Shown piece after piece: positions 56,456 through 64,000 of a DNA stretch of 64,000 nucleotides (position 1 is the stretch's first letter; each line of letters starts with the position of its first letter). Below the pieces are notes generated by a model that was not told the DNA's origin, made no database searches, and worked only from the letters and a program-made list of their open reading frames with translations. The stretch comes from an uncultured bacterium (GTDB lineage Bacteria; Fidelibacterota; Marinisomatia; Marinisomatales; JAHJCW01). The stretch is from positions 15,607 to 79,606 of the forward strand of contig CAZWKR010000006.1 of NCBI GenBank assembly GCA_964634215.1. Reading direction: 5' to 3'. The position numbers were made by a program, and so were the translations under genes.

Positions 56456-56851
56456 ATGTTAGAAGGTATTATTTGCCCAAATTGTGAAGCACCACTGAAG
56501 GAAGAAGACCTAAAAGAGAAATTACTTTGCGTTGAATGTAAAACGGACTTAAAAGATCGTAAATATCTTGATTTCCTAGAATATTTGATGACCAACGGGA
56601 TTGTCGAAAATCTTGATTTTTTTGATGAAGCTGTTTACAGCGAAGATATAGAAAGACTAGAACCCGATGAGGAAGAAGATGTAGACCCTTCAAAGTTTGA
56701 GAAAAAGAAAGATATGTTAAGTTTTTATGAAAATGAACATGAACATATCCAAAATAATACTGCCGATGATCTACCTGAGGTAATAGAAGAGTTTAAAGGA
56801 ATCGAAGAAGATTGGGAAGAATTTAATAAAAGTGAATTTGGTAAAACATAA
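56456..56851 (+). CDS. Small acidic protein with N-terminal zinc-ribbon (CxxC...CxxC)
   Basis: 'CPNCEAPL...CVECKTDL', followed by a highly acidic tail. Confidence 0.4.
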   Translation: MLEGIICPNCEAPLKEEDLKEKLLCVECKTDLKDRKYLDFLEYLMTNGIVENLDFFDEAVYSEDIERLEPDEEEDVDPSKFEKKKDMLSFYENEHEHIQNNTADDLPEVIEEFKGIEEDWEEFNKSEFGKT

Positions 56852-56870
56852 TATATTATAAGAGATATAT

Positions 56871-57200
56871 ATGGATCAAAAAAAAGCACCATCAAATATG
56901 CAAAAAATCAACATTGAGTTGGATGAAAAAGCAAGTGCAGGTGAATACTCTAACTTTGTTGTAGTAACTCATTCCCCTGCTGAATTTGTTATGGATTTCA
57001 CGCGTATTCTACCAGGAGTACCAAAAGCCAAAGTGCATTCAAGGATTATTATGGCTCCACCACATGTAAAATCATTTATGATGGCTTTAAAAGACAATAT
57101 AAACAAATTTGAGAAGAAATATGGAGAAATTAAAGTACATCAACAAGAAGGGATACCAAAGTTCGGAATAAAACCGCCAAAATCTGAATTACCCAATTAA
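56871..57200 (+). CDS. DUF3467-like small protein
   Basis: 'YSNFVVVTHSPAEFVMDFTRILPG...RIIMAPPHVKSFMMAL' matches my memory of DUF3467. Confidence 0.55.
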   Translation: MDQKKAPSNMQKINIELDEKASAGEYSNFVVVTHSPAEFVMDFTRILPGVPKAKVHSRIIMAPPHVKSFMMALKDNINKFEKKYGEIKVHQQEGIPKFGIKPPKSELPN

Positions 57201-57205
57201 TTATA

Positions 57206-57781
57206 TTACGTATAATTTATCCAGGTACGCCCTCTTTTTTTTTCTCGAATTTTGAGTATTACCCATATACTTAAAATTATCCAAGCTAGACCATATCCAA
57301 ATATCCATCCGCCTAGAACATCAAATGGATAATGTACGCCAACATAAACACGGCTAAATCCAACTATTATTGAGATTGCTATCGTAAAATATTTCCATTT
57401 TTTATAAAAGTAACCGATTATCGTAGCAGCAGCCATAGTATTGGCAGCGTGATTCGAAACAAAACCATATTTCCCTCCCCTTGATACTAATAAGTTTATA
57501 TTGTCTAGCATTGCACGGGAAGGGCGAATTCTGCCAAACCAGGGTTTTATAATCTGCGCTGCAATAACATCAGTCAGTATCACTGTTAGTAATAGAAGTA
57601 CTGCTGCAATCTTACCCCGTTTCCCTTGAAACAAAAGTAACCATAACCAAATAAGCACTAATGGTATTGCAATATTATTTTCGTTCGTTACTATTGGCAT
57701 TATCCAATTCAGCATAGGATTGGCAATTGTGCCATTTATAAAATGGAACAAAGTGTGATCAATTTTTATAAGTATATCCAT
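57206..57781 (-). CDS. PAP2-family membrane phosphatase (undecaprenyl-diphosphatase/lipid phosphatase-like)
   Basis: 'KPWFGRIRPS', 'SFVSNHAAN', 'SRVYVGVHYPFDVLGG' are the three PAP2 motifs. Confidence 0.8.
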   Translation of the reverse strand: MDILIKIDHTLFHFINGTIANPMLNWIMPIVTNENNIAIPLVLIWLWLLLFQGKRGKIAAVLLLLTVILTDVIAAQIIKPWFGRIRPSRAMLDNINLLVSRGGKYGFVSNHAANTMAAATIIGYFYKKWKYFTIAISIIVGFSRVYVGVHYPFDVLGGWIFGYGLAWIILSIWVILKIREKKRGRTWINYT

Positions 57782-57887
57782 TGAATTAAGTAATTTAATA
57801 TAAATAATTTAAGTAATTAGTTAGAATCATATTAATAAAAATTACTTGTTGAGATTACAAGATTATTGGTAGTTTTCGACGTTAGTT

Positions 57888-57960
57888 GGTAGGGGTGCGT
57901 TTCACTAATTGCTGGTTGTTCCCCCGCTCCCAGTGAGTGTTACAACCCCTACCGCTTTTT
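57888..57960 (+). ncRNA. Candidate small RNA or leader element: long hairpin with C-rich apical region and terminator-like T-tail
   Basis: GGTAGGGGT(57888-96)/ACCCCTACC(57945-53) is a perfect 9-bp stem. Inner TCACT/AGTGA stem. Apical 'GTTCCCCCGCTCCC'. Followed by GCTTTTTATT. No ORF. Lies in a 380-nt divergent intergenic region. Confidence 0.3.
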
Positions 57961-58078
57961 ATTAAAACACATCTTCATTACAATCTTATTGTATAAAACT
58001 AACCGTACATGTTTAGTAATTTCATCCGAATTAATTATGAAAAATTCTTGTAATAATTATGGGAATCCTGTAAAATAG

Positions 58079-58112
58079 ACCGACCGGTCGGTTTATTTAT
58101 TATAATAAATAA
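58079..58112. promoter_or_regulatory. Adjacent perfect palindromes (14-nt GC-rich ACCGACCGGTCGGT; 20-nt TTATTTATTATAATAAATAA containing TATAAT) upstream of etfB
   Basis: Both verified as self-complementary by hand. They lie 50-83 nt upstream of the etfB ATG. Confidence 0.3.
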
Positions 58113-58161
58113 CTCGCTAAATAATTGAGTCAAATATTTTTATAGTTTTGGAGGACATAAT

Positions 58162-58941
58162 ATGAAGATAGGTGTATTAGTCAAACAGGTAGCAGGAAGT
58201 GAATCACCTTTACGAATCGATTCTGCTGAAAAGTGGGTAGAAGAGGGGTCAATTGATTTTACTACAAACGAAAGTGATTCCTATGCATTAGAAGAGGCTT
58301 TACAGATTGTTGAACGTTCTGGTGGAGAAGGAGAAGTCGTGGTTATTAGTATGGGACCGGCTGAACGCACCCCTAAAATAATAAGGGAAGCGTTAGCAAA
58401 GGGCGGTCACCGGGCTATTCATATACAAGAAGAAGCTCCTTATGAAACAGATCCATATATGATTGCAAGTATTATTACTGAAGCTGTGAAAGATGAATCG
58501 TTTGATTTGATTCTGTCCGGTTTGCAATCCGATGATTTAGGTTCGGGGCAAACTGGTGTAATCTTGGGTGAATTACTTGGAATGTCCACTGCTACGCTAG
58601 TAATGGGTGTAGAGTTACAGGATGGTAAATTACGTGTTAAGCGCGAACTTGAATCAGGTTGGTTCCAATGGGTTACATTGCCATTCCCCGCTTGTATTAC
58701 AATTCAATCTGGTTTGAATCAGCCGCGATATCCATCGCTTAAAGGAATAATGGGCGCTAAAAAGAAAGAAATAAAATCTATCGTTAAAAGTGATGTAATT
58801 GGAAGCGTAGCGCCGATGCAAGATTTATCAACAATGTATTTACACAAAGCAGAAAAACGAACTGAAATGATTGAAGGTTCCACTGATCAAGTTGTAGATC
58901 GATTGGTCGATATTTTTAAAAAAGATATTAAAGCTATATAA
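58162..58941 (+). CDS. etfB: Electron transfer flavoprotein beta subunit
   Basis: 'MKIGVLVKQV', 'VISMGP', 'ILSGLQSDD', 'PRYPSLKGIMGAKKK'. Confidence 0.9.
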   Translation: MKIGVLVKQVAGSESPLRIDSAEKWVEEGSIDFTTNESDSYALEEALQIVERSGGEGEVVVISMGPAERTPKIIREALAKGGHRAIHIQEEAPYETDPYMIASIITEAVKDESFDLILSGLQSDDLGSGQTGVILGELLGMSTATLVMGVELQDGKLRVKRELESGWFQWVTLPFPACITIQSGLNQPRYPSLKGIMGAKKKEIKSIVKSDVIGSVAPMQDLSTMYLHKAEKRTEMIEGSTDQVVDRLVDIFKKDIKAI

Positions 58942-58950
58942 GGAGTTGCA

Positions 58951-59919
58951 ATGGATATTTTAGTAATTCTCGAAGGGGCAAACGGAGCAATTCATCGTAT
59001 TAGTAAAGAAGCTGTTACAGCTGCTCAAGCTTTTGGAAAGGAATTAAATCAAAAAGTCAGTGTGTTGGCATTTGGCAAAGATTCAGATAATCTTTCCAAA
59101 GAAGCAACAAATTTTAATATTGATGAAGTTTTACTCGTTAAAGACGATAATCTAAATACTTATTCTGCAGATGCATACGCAGAAACTATAAAGCAGGTTG
59201 TCGAAAAGGAATCACCTAAATTTGCAATAATGGGTTATTCATATTTAGTTCGCGATTTTTTTCCGAAAGTGAGTGCACGTCTTAAAAAACCTTTAATTAC
59301 TGATGTGGTCGGATACAAAACAGTTGGTGGTAAAACATTGTTCACAAAACAAGTGATACATGGGAAACTAACCGTTGATATCGAATCAAAAGTTGAAGGA
59401 CCTGTTTTAATAGGATTTCAATCTGCTGCATATTCAGCAGATAATCTTGAAAATGGTTCAGCAGAAGTGCGTACAGTTGAGGTAACATTAGATCCCTCCC
59501 AATTAAAAACGACTTCAGAAGAACCATTCCAAGAAGAGTCGGGTGGAGTAGATTTAACTGCGGCTGACAAGATAATATCAATTGGCAGAGGTATTGGTAA
59601 AGAAGAAAATATGCCACTGGTTAATGATTTAGCAGCTGTTCTAAAAGCTGAAATCGGTGCTTCACGACCGATAGTTGATTCAGGTTGGTTGCCAAATTCT
59701 CATCAGGTTGGTAGTTCTGGTCAGAGTGTAACACCCAATTTATACTTAGCATTGGGTATATCAGGAGCAATTCAACATGTTGTTGGAATGAAAGGTTCAA
59801 AAAATATTGTTGCAATTAATCGTGATTCCGACGCTCCAATATTTGAAGTAGCTGATTATGGTATTGTTGGTGATATTTTGGAAATCGTACCAAAACTAAC
59901 AGAAGCCCTAAAGGTTTAG
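58951..59919 (+). CDS. etfA: Electron transfer flavoprotein alpha subunit
   Basis: 'IISIGRGIG', 'ASRPIVDSGW', 'QVGSSGQSVTPNLYLALGISGAIQH', 'IVAINRDSDAPIFEVADYGIVGD'. Confidence 0.9.
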   Translation: MDILVILEGANGAIHRISKEAVTAAQAFGKELNQKVSVLAFGKDSDNLSKEATNFNIDEVLLVKDDNLNTYSADAYAETIKQVVEKESPKFAIMGYSYLVRDFFPKVSARLKKPLITDVVGYKTVGGKTLFTKQVIHGKLTVDIESKVEGPVLIGFQSAAYSADNLENGSAEVRTVEVTLDPSQLKTTSEEPFQEESGGVDLTAADKIISIGRGIGKEENMPLVNDLAAVLKAEIGASRPIVDSGWLPNSHQVGSSGQSVTPNLYLALGISGAIQHVVGMKGSKNIVAINRDSDAPIFEVADYGIVGDILEIVPKLTEALKV

Positions 59920-59930
59920 TAAATATAGGT

Positions 59931-59962
59931 ATTGCCATTTCCATCCAAAAAGAAATGGCAAT
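59931..59962 (+). other. Intercistronic 11-bp perfect hairpin between etfA and the Fe-S oxidoreductase gene
   Basis: ATTGCCATTTC-(10-nt loop)-GAAATGGCAAT. No T-run follows. Confidence 0.5.
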
Positions 59963-60003
59963 GCTTAAATAATTCTCCTAACCAAAAAATGTAGGAGGGA
60001 GTA

Positions 60004-62010
60004 GTGGAGACATTACACCACATTCCGATTGTATTTTATTTATTAGCATTAATTGCGGTAGTCATTTTTATTTATAATCTTCGGAGATTTCTTGCGGTAC
60101 GCATTGGAAAAAAAGATCCTGATTATAAAATTAAAATATTTCCTGTGATCATAAATTTGATTTATTATGGAATTCTGCAACGCAGAGTATTTCGCTTAAA
60201 ATTCTCTTTTGCAGCGGCAATGCATTTTTTAATTGGATTTGGATTTTTTATATTATTATATGCAACTGCGGTAGGTACGTTTGTATCAAAAGGTTGGTTT
60301 GTTAATTACTTACCACATCTAGATACTCCTTGGTTTGCAGCTTTGAATGATACCGGTGGATTGATGGTATTTATTGGGATATTGATGGCTTTGTACCGCA
60401 GACATTTCAATAAGCCAAAATCATTACCACAAGATACTTTCAAAGGTCGGAGTAATCTTTTCGGTGATACAGGAATTTTACTGATTATTATACTACTAGT
60501 TATCGGTGGATACTTAGCTGAAGCAGCAAGATTAGCAATCCAATCACCGGATACTGCACAATATTCATGGATCGGCTATCCCATATCAAAACTATTTTCG
60601 GTTGAGTTTTGGAATACCACCGAACGATTTCTGTGGTGGAGCCATGGGATACTATCATTAATGGCGATCGCTATTATTCCTAATACCAAGATATTTCATA
60701 CAATTGCTTCAACAATAAACATTGCGCTTACCGACCGCGATTTACGTGGTAAAGTAAAACCGATGTTTGTAAGCAAACTGATGGAAGATCCTGATATGGA
60801 TCCGGACAAGATATCTTTGGGATCAACGAAATTGGAAGATTTTACGCAGAAGCAATTGTTAGATAGTATAGCATGTACAGAATGTGGTCGCTGTACGAAT
60901 GTTTGCCCAGCTTATATTACGGATAAACCTCTTTCGCCGATGAAGATTATTACCGATATGCGACAAGAGTTGTATGATAAATATTTAAATAAAAAGGATG
61001 TTGAGGGTATCGTTGGAAATACAATTACTGAAACAGAATTGTGGTCATGTACTACTTGTGGCGCATGTATGGAAGAATGTCCCGTTCTAATAAACCACAT
61101 ACCAACGTTTACTGATATGAGACGATATTTGGTATTATCTGAGGGGAAACCTCATCCACAAGCTGCCGAGAGTTTAGAAAAAACTATGAATACCGGTAAT
61201 CCTTGGGGATTTTCTAAAAGTGAACGTACAAAATGGGCAACTGATGCAGGGATAGAGTTACCGTTAATGTCCGAGAAAAAAGAAGCTGATATACTCTATT
61301 GGGTTGGATGTGCCGGGTCATATGATCCACGCAATCAAAAAGTCGCTAAAGCGATGGTAAAAATATTGGAAACAGCAAACGTTGATTACGCTGTATTGGG
61401 TAATGAGGAATCTTGCACGGGCGATTCGGCAAGACGCTTAGGTGAAGAATATCTTTTTGAAACCATGGCATTGCAAAATATTGAGATGTTCAATAAATAT
61501 AAATTCAATAAAATAATAACTCCATGTCCCCATTGTTTCCATACCATTGGAAATGAATATAGTGATTTTGATGGAAATTATGAAGTTCAACATCATTCAC
61601 AATTTATTATGGAATTGGTTGAAAGTGGCAAATTGAAATTGAAAAAGAATATTGACGAAAAGGTTACATACCATGATGCTTGTTATTTAGGACGTCATAA
61701 TGGTGAGTACGATGCTCCACGAAATGTGATTGATTCTGTTGTTAAGGACGGTCAATTGATTGAGATGGATAGGAATAAGGCGAATAGTTTTTGCTGTGGT
61801 GCAGGTGGTGGGAATATGTGGTATGACATTGAAGATGGAGAAAGAATTAATTCTGTTAGATTTCAGGAAGCAATTGATACGGGTGTAGATGTTGTTGCAA
61901 CAGCATGTTCGTTCTGTACCATAATGTTGGATGATGCAATGAAAATAAAAGGTAAAGAGGATTCTATGCAGGTATTAGATATTGCCGAAATGGTTGCAAT
62001 TGCATTGTAA
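60004..62010 (+). CDS. Membrane-bound Fe-S oxidoreductase (N-terminal multi-TM domain + 2x[4Fe-4S] + two CCG domains; HdrD/GlpC/DsrK-like, ETF-associated type)
   Basis: GTG start after 'aggaggga'. About 5-6 TM helices. 'CTECGRCTNVCP' and 'CTTCGACMEECP'. CCG motifs 'WVGCAGSYD','PCPHCFH','YHDACYLGRH','SFCCGAGGG'. Confidence 0.8.
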   Translation: METLHHIPIVFYLLALIAVVIFIYNLRRFLAVRIGKKDPDYKIKIFPVIINLIYYGILQRRVFRLKFSFAAAMHFLIGFGFFILLYATAVGTFVSKGWFVNYLPHLDTPWFAALNDTGGLMVFIGILMALYRRHFNKPKSLPQDTFKGRSNLFGDTGILLIIILLVIGGYLAEAARLAIQSPDTAQYSWIGYPISKLFSVEFWNTTERFLWWSHGILSLMAIAIIPNTKIFHTIASTINIALTDRDLRGKVKPMFVSKLMEDPDMDPDKISLGSTKLEDFTQKQLLDSIACTECGRCTNVCPAYITDKPLSPMKIITDMRQELYDKYLNKKDVEGIVGNTITETELWSCTTCGACMEECPVLINHIPTFTDMRRYLVLSEGKPHPQAAESLEKTMNTGNPWGFSKSERTKWATDAGIELPLMSEKKEADILYWVGCAGSYDPRNQKVAKAMVKILETANVDYAVLGNEESCTGDSARRLGEEYLFETMALQNIEMFNKYKFNKIITPCPHCFHTIGNEYSDFDGNYEVQHHSQFIMELVESGKLKLKKNIDEKVTYHDACYLGRHNGEYDAPRNVIDSVVKDGQLIEMDRNKANSFCCGAGGGNMWYDIEDGERINSVRFQEAIDTGVDVVATACSFCTIMLDDAMKIKGKEDSMQVLDIAEMVAIAL

Positions 62011-62146
62011 TTCCGTAATTTATCTAAATCCAATATTTTAGCTTATATTAAGTGATGTGATATTAAATATTTATTAATTTTAGCAATTAAGAATTCTACC
62101 AATATTTAATAATATCAATATAATTGAACTAGTATAAATACTGAAT

Positions 62147-63898
62147 ATGGCAAATCATTTTTATCTTCCGTTTGAACGAAAAGGCAAAATGGACTATCAT
62201 CAACTTGATGAATATGAAAAATATCAATTATCATTCCACCCCGAAAGACCAAAATATTTAGATTATTTAGAAATATTTACTGAGCCGGAACTTTGTTTTA
62301 GAAGTAGTGATTTTGGCGCTTGTTTGATTCAGACCCATAGAGCCACATTAGAAATTGAAGATGAACAAATACCTGTCATGTTAATTGGACAACAGACCGG
62401 ACCTACGTCTGATTATAAAGAATTAACAAAAGTAATGCGTAATAATGATGAAATGCGTAAATGGAATGATGGAATGCCAACTCCCGCTTCTTACGAGCGT
62501 GCTATTAAGGCAATTGATGTAGCCAATAAGGAAGATCGTATAATAATTATTTTTGTTGATACTCCTGGAGCAGATCCAACTGAAGCGTCTGAAGCGGGTG
62601 GAATCGCTTGGCGTATAGGTGATACTATTCACGCTTTAGCAGAAGCTACAGTGGCAACCATTTCTGTAATAATGAATCGTGCGTGTAGCGGTGGTGCCAT
62701 TGCATTAACTGGCTGTGATTTAACATTAGCAATGGAGAATTCAACATACTTAGTAATAACGCCAGAGGCATGTTCATCAATTTTGTATCACACACGGAGC
62801 AGAGCAAATGAGGCAGCATCAGCTTCACGAATTACTTCGAAAGAAGGTTTTGATTTAGGCATTGTTGACATTATCGTGCCTGAACCAGAAGGGCCAGCCC
62901 ATAGATTTAAAGAACAGACAATCGCTTCATTGCATTTACACATTGAAAAAGCAATTACAAAATTACAAGCCATTTCTAAGGGAAAGCTATTGTCGAACAG
63001 AATAGATAGATGGTCAAAAATTGGTCATTGGTCAGAGACAACAATTGAACAAGTTAATTCTATTCAAAGAAAAGTATCACGTTTACCGGTACCAAATAAT
63101 GATGGTTATTTGAAACGACACAAAGGTTGTTATACAAAAAATGGGGTTCATAAATATGACCCGCTTCGATTTGATAAGTTAAAAAATGATGGATTTGTCT
63201 GTGATGTTTGCGGTTATCGTTACACGCGACCTTCAATATGGGATTGTATGGATAATTTATTTGATGAAAGATCATTTTCTGAACATACAGAGACTAAATT
63301 GATTGTAGATAAGGATATTTTGGGATTTCCTGAATATAAAGAAAAATTACTAAATACTCAAAAAAGAACCGGTTTGATGACTTCGATGATCACGTGTGAT
63401 GCCAAGATAAAGGGGCAAGATATTGTTTTTTGCGGCGCTGATTTCGGTTTTTTTGGTGCTTCATTTTGTATGAGTACTGGTGAGAAAATATGGCGAGCTG
63501 CTGAAATTGCTATTAAGAATAAAAAACCGATGATATTACAAGCAGCTGGCGGTGGAGCACGCATGCATGAAGGATGCTCGTCTATGGTTAGTATCCCTAA
63601 AGCACATGTTGCCCTGACGCGTGTTGAACAAGCCGGCATACCGGTAATTACTATTATTACAGATCCAACCTTAGGGGGTGTTGCTATTGGTTATGGTTCA
63701 CGCGGTATTAGATTATTTCAGAAGCACGCAGGAAATATCGGATTTTCTGGCAGGCGAGTAATTGAACAGTATACTGGCAAAAAGACATCCAAAGATTTTC
63801 AAACAACACCGTGGTTAAAAAAACACGGACACGTAGACCATATTGTTACTCAGGAAAATGTCAGAAAAGAAATAATCAATATTTTACAGAAAGATTAA
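62147..63898 (+). CDS. Fused carboxyltransferase: AccA-like (alpha) N-terminal half + AccD-like (beta, with Cys-rich zinc-ribbon remnant) C-terminal half
   Basis: Alpha half: 'HPERPKYLDY','FVDTPGADP','CSGGAIAL','STYLVITPEACSSILY','IVPEPEGPAH'. Beta half: 'VCDVCGYRYTRPS','GADFGFFGASFCMSTGEKI','QAAGGGARMHEG','TDPTLGGVAIGY'. Confidence 0.75.
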   Translation: MANHFYLPFERKGKMDYHQLDEYEKYQLSFHPERPKYLDYLEIFTEPELCFRSSDFGACLIQTHRATLEIEDEQIPVMLIGQQTGPTSDYKELTKVMRNNDEMRKWNDGMPTPASYERAIKAIDVANKEDRIIIIFVDTPGADPTEASEAGGIAWRIGDTIHALAEATVATISVIMNRACSGGAIALTGCDLTLAMENSTYLVITPEACSSILYHTRSRANEAASASRITSKEGFDLGIVDIIVPEPEGPAHRFKEQTIASLHLHIEKAITKLQAISKGKLLSNRIDRWSKIGHWSETTIEQVNSIQRKVSRLPVPNNDGYLKRHKGCYTKNGVHKYDPLRFDKLKNDGFVCDVCGYRYTRPSIWDCMDNLFDERSFSEHTETKLIVDKDILGFPEYKEKLLNTQKRTGLMTSMITCDAKIKGQDIVFCGADFGFFGASFCMSTGEKIWRAAEIAIKNKKPMILQAAGGGARMHEGCSSMVSIPKAHVALTRVEQAGIPVITIITDPTLGGVAIGYGSRGIRLFQKHAGNIGFSGRRVIEQYTGKKTSKDFQTTPWLKKHGHVDHIVTQENVRKEIINILQKD

Positions 63899-63900
63899 CG

Positions 63901-64000
63901 TTAGTTACTGTTAAGATGAACCAATTCAATATCAAGTTCTTTGGCATGTTTTGTAATGCGTTCATCACGATAAAATTCTCCATAGTAAATTTTAGTTATA
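63901..64000 (-). CDS. 3' end of an unidentified gene running off the window
   Basis: Open frame on the minus strand, hand-translated as '...ITKIYYGEFYRDERITKHAKELDIELVHLNSN*'. Only 33 codons are visible. Confidence 0.3.
   Translation of the reverse strand, partial: ITKIYYGEFYRDERITKHAKELDIELVHLNSN

Noticed and set aside
57888-57953. Identification of the hairpin as SRP (4.5S) RNA, 6S RNA or a tRNA-like element
   Set aside because: It lacks the conserved SRP domain-IV motifs (GGAA/AGCA asymmetric loops). It is far too short for 6S, tmRNA or RNase P, and no cloverleaf can be drawn. It is reported only as an unclassified candidate.
62147-63898. Linking the AccA-AccD fusion to the CitD-type ACP as a malonate-decarboxylase-like complex
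   Set aside because: The idea is attractive because MdcD/E are AccD/AccA homologues that work with a CitD-like ACP. But the genes are 18 kb apart and in different transcription units, and no MdcA, MdcB, MdcG or MdcH-like genes are visible. This is too speculative to report as a finding.
1-64000. CRISPR arrays, rRNA genes, transposases, integrases, toxin-antitoxin pairs or recognisable phage-defence genes
   Set aside because: No regularly spaced direct repeats and no rRNA-like conserved stretches were seen. No ORF carries DDE, tyrosine- or serine-recombinase motifs or a typical defence-nuclease/ATPase motif. Absence by eye is not proof; HMM scans should confirm it.

Overview
This is a low-GC bacterial chromosome segment with about 55 tightly packed genes. 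It most likely comes from the Fibrobacteres-Chlorobi-Bacteroidetes (FCB) superphylum. The evidence is a type IX secretion system (T9SS): an sprA translocon, PorV/PorQ-like barrels, Por_Secre_tail C-terminal sorting domains (CTDs), and Gln at +1 after most signal peptides.

Gene content, left to right:
- A PAS/GAF histidine kinase and a single-domain response regulator.
- A T9SS-sorted DUF1566 protein.
- An output-less multi-PAS protein.
- A tRNA-Phe locus carrying tRNA-derived direct repeats that bracket a 7.3-kb cargo operon.
- rdgB, followed by an 11.6-kb T9SS array: sprA, a glutaminyl-cyclase-like M28 lipoprotein, a CTD-bearing propeller, two PorV-like barrels and a nuclease/phosphatase-fold lipoprotein.
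- Housekeeping genes: a Nudix hydrolase, queG, elbB, an ECF sigma module, rplU-rpmA, rng, metH, an IMPase-family gene, thyX and radC.
- A seven-gene carboxylic-acid operon: citD-citE fusion, citF, an HD protein, a homoaconitase-like protein, an isocitrate/isopropylmalate-family dehydrogenase, a PrpD-family protein and a glutaryl-CoA dehydrogenase.
- A CDF transporter, birA, and a methylmalonyl-CoA mutase catalytic subunit.
- etfBA with a membrane HdrD-like Fe-S oxidoreductase, and a fused AccA-AccD carboxyltransferase.

Best candidate for an undescribed system: the translationally coupled operon at 7251-14023, inside the tRNA-Phe-bracketed segment. It links a Cys/His-cluster mini-protein, a TonB-dependent receptor and a membrane-anchored periplasmic protein to a NapH-like polyferredoxin, a single-subunit 2-hydroxyacyl-CoA-dehydratase/double-cubane-type Fe-S protein and its ATP-dependent activase. 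No integrase, transposase, CRISPR array or rRNA was seen.

All protein calls rest on motifs I recognise in the supplied translations. No database search was run.
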